DNA of 64,000 nucleotides, taken from the NCBI GenBank assembly GCA_963735035.1, contig CAVTJJ010000004.1, forward strand, positions 736,001 through 800,000, read 5' to 3'. A model generated the notes under the pieces. That model saw nothing but the letters and a program-made list of their open reading frames with translations. It was not told where the DNA came from and ran no database searches. The stretch is from an uncultured candidate division Zixibacteria bacterium. Its GTDB lineage: Bacteria > Zixibacteria > MSB-5A5 > GN15 > FEB-12. Below are positions 63,206 to 64,000 of this stretch, piece after piece; within the stretch, counting starts at the first letter, position 1, and each line of letters starts with the position of its first letter. The position numbers and the translations under genes were made by a program.

Positions 63206-64000
63206 CGCCGATTTCGAAAAGATGGTGGATACGTCGGACGAGTGGATTGTCTCCCGGACAGGCATCCGCGAGCGACGTATTGCCACTGACGATATGTCCT
63301 GCGCCGATATGGCCGCCGAGGCGGCGCGCCGCGCTATGATTTCTGCCGGATGTACTCATGAAGATATCGATCTGGTCATCTGTGCGACGGTCACTCCTGA
63401 TTATCGCCTCCCTTCGAACGCCTGTGTTCTGCAGGAGATGATCGGTTTCCCCAATGCCGTCGCTTTTGATATAGTCTCGGCCTGCACCGGATTCATTAAC
63501 GGATTATCCATCGCCAATTCATTCATAGTCACCGGCCAGTACAAGCGGGCATTGGTGATAGGCGCAGAAAAATTGTCCTCGATCACGAATTACGCGGATC
63601 GCAACACCTGTGTCCTTTTCGGCGACGGCGCCGGAGCGGCGGTATTAGAGCCCAGCAACGATGGTCGCGGGGTCCTCTCGACATTCATGAAGTCCGACGG
63701 CAGCCTTCGGTCATGGCTATGGATTGAAAAGGGCGGCACGCGCCATCCGCACGTTCCAGGTGTACCCATCGGGACCAGCGACAAAATCCTGATGAACGGT
63801 GCGGAAGTCTTCAAAGTGGCGGTGCGCGCCATGGGGGCGGCGGCCAGCAAAGTTATCGAAGACGCCGGCCTGACTTCGGATGATATATCACTGTTTATCC
63901 CTCATCAGGCTAATCTGCGGATTATCGAGGCCATCGCCAAGCGGCTCAAACTGCCGCCGGAAAAAGTGTTCCTGAATATCGAGAAATACGGCAATACCTC
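63138..64000 (+). CDS. fabH: Beta-ketoacyl-ACP synthase III (runs off the window end)
   Basis: Manual translation: SGTGSY, DTSDEWIVSRTGIRERR, SACTGF, FGDGAGA, PHQAN, YGNT. Confidence 0.95.
   Translation, partial: MSHQLRARISGTGSYAPPGVMTNADFEKMVDTSDEWIVSRTGIRERRIATDDMSCADMAAEAARRAMISAGCTHEDIDLVICATVTPDYRLPSNACVLQEMIGFPNAVAFDIVSACTGFINGLSIANSFIVTGQYKRALVIGAEKLSSITNYADRNTCVLFGDGAGAAVLEPSNDGRGVLSTFMKSDGSLRSWLWIEKGGTRHPHVPGVPIGTSDKILMNGAEVFKVAVRAMGAAASKVIEDAGLTSDDISLFIPHQANLRIIEAIAKRLKLPPEKVFLNIEKYGNT

Overview
Bacterial chromosomal window, moderately GC-rich. The dockerin-like and CTD-tagged secreted proteins and the gene mix suggest an FCB-group anaerobe, most like candidate Zixibacteria (inference). 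In order: a group 3b [NiFe] sulfhydrogenase operon (minus strand; both catalytic subunits carry a +1 frameshift) with a Rex/CRP-type box upstream; transport and housekeeping genes; secreted proteins with dockerin-like or T9SS-type C-terminal domains; a dsrMK-like pair followed by a 7-heme cytochrome with OmcS-like motif order; a beta-propeller histidine kinase plus sigma-54 activator with a downstream enhancer and sigma-54 promoter; a ~5 kb island at tRNA-Asn, bounded by 17-bp direct repeats and made of headless Rhs toxin-tip/immunity cassettes with no integrase; hprK; two solitary nuclease genes flanked by REP-like palindromes; two PPIases; a full F1Fo ATP synthase operon with an outer-membrane beta-barrel gene between atpA and atpG; then yceD-rpmF-plsX-fabH. 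All calls come from reading the sequence by eye; no database searches were run.
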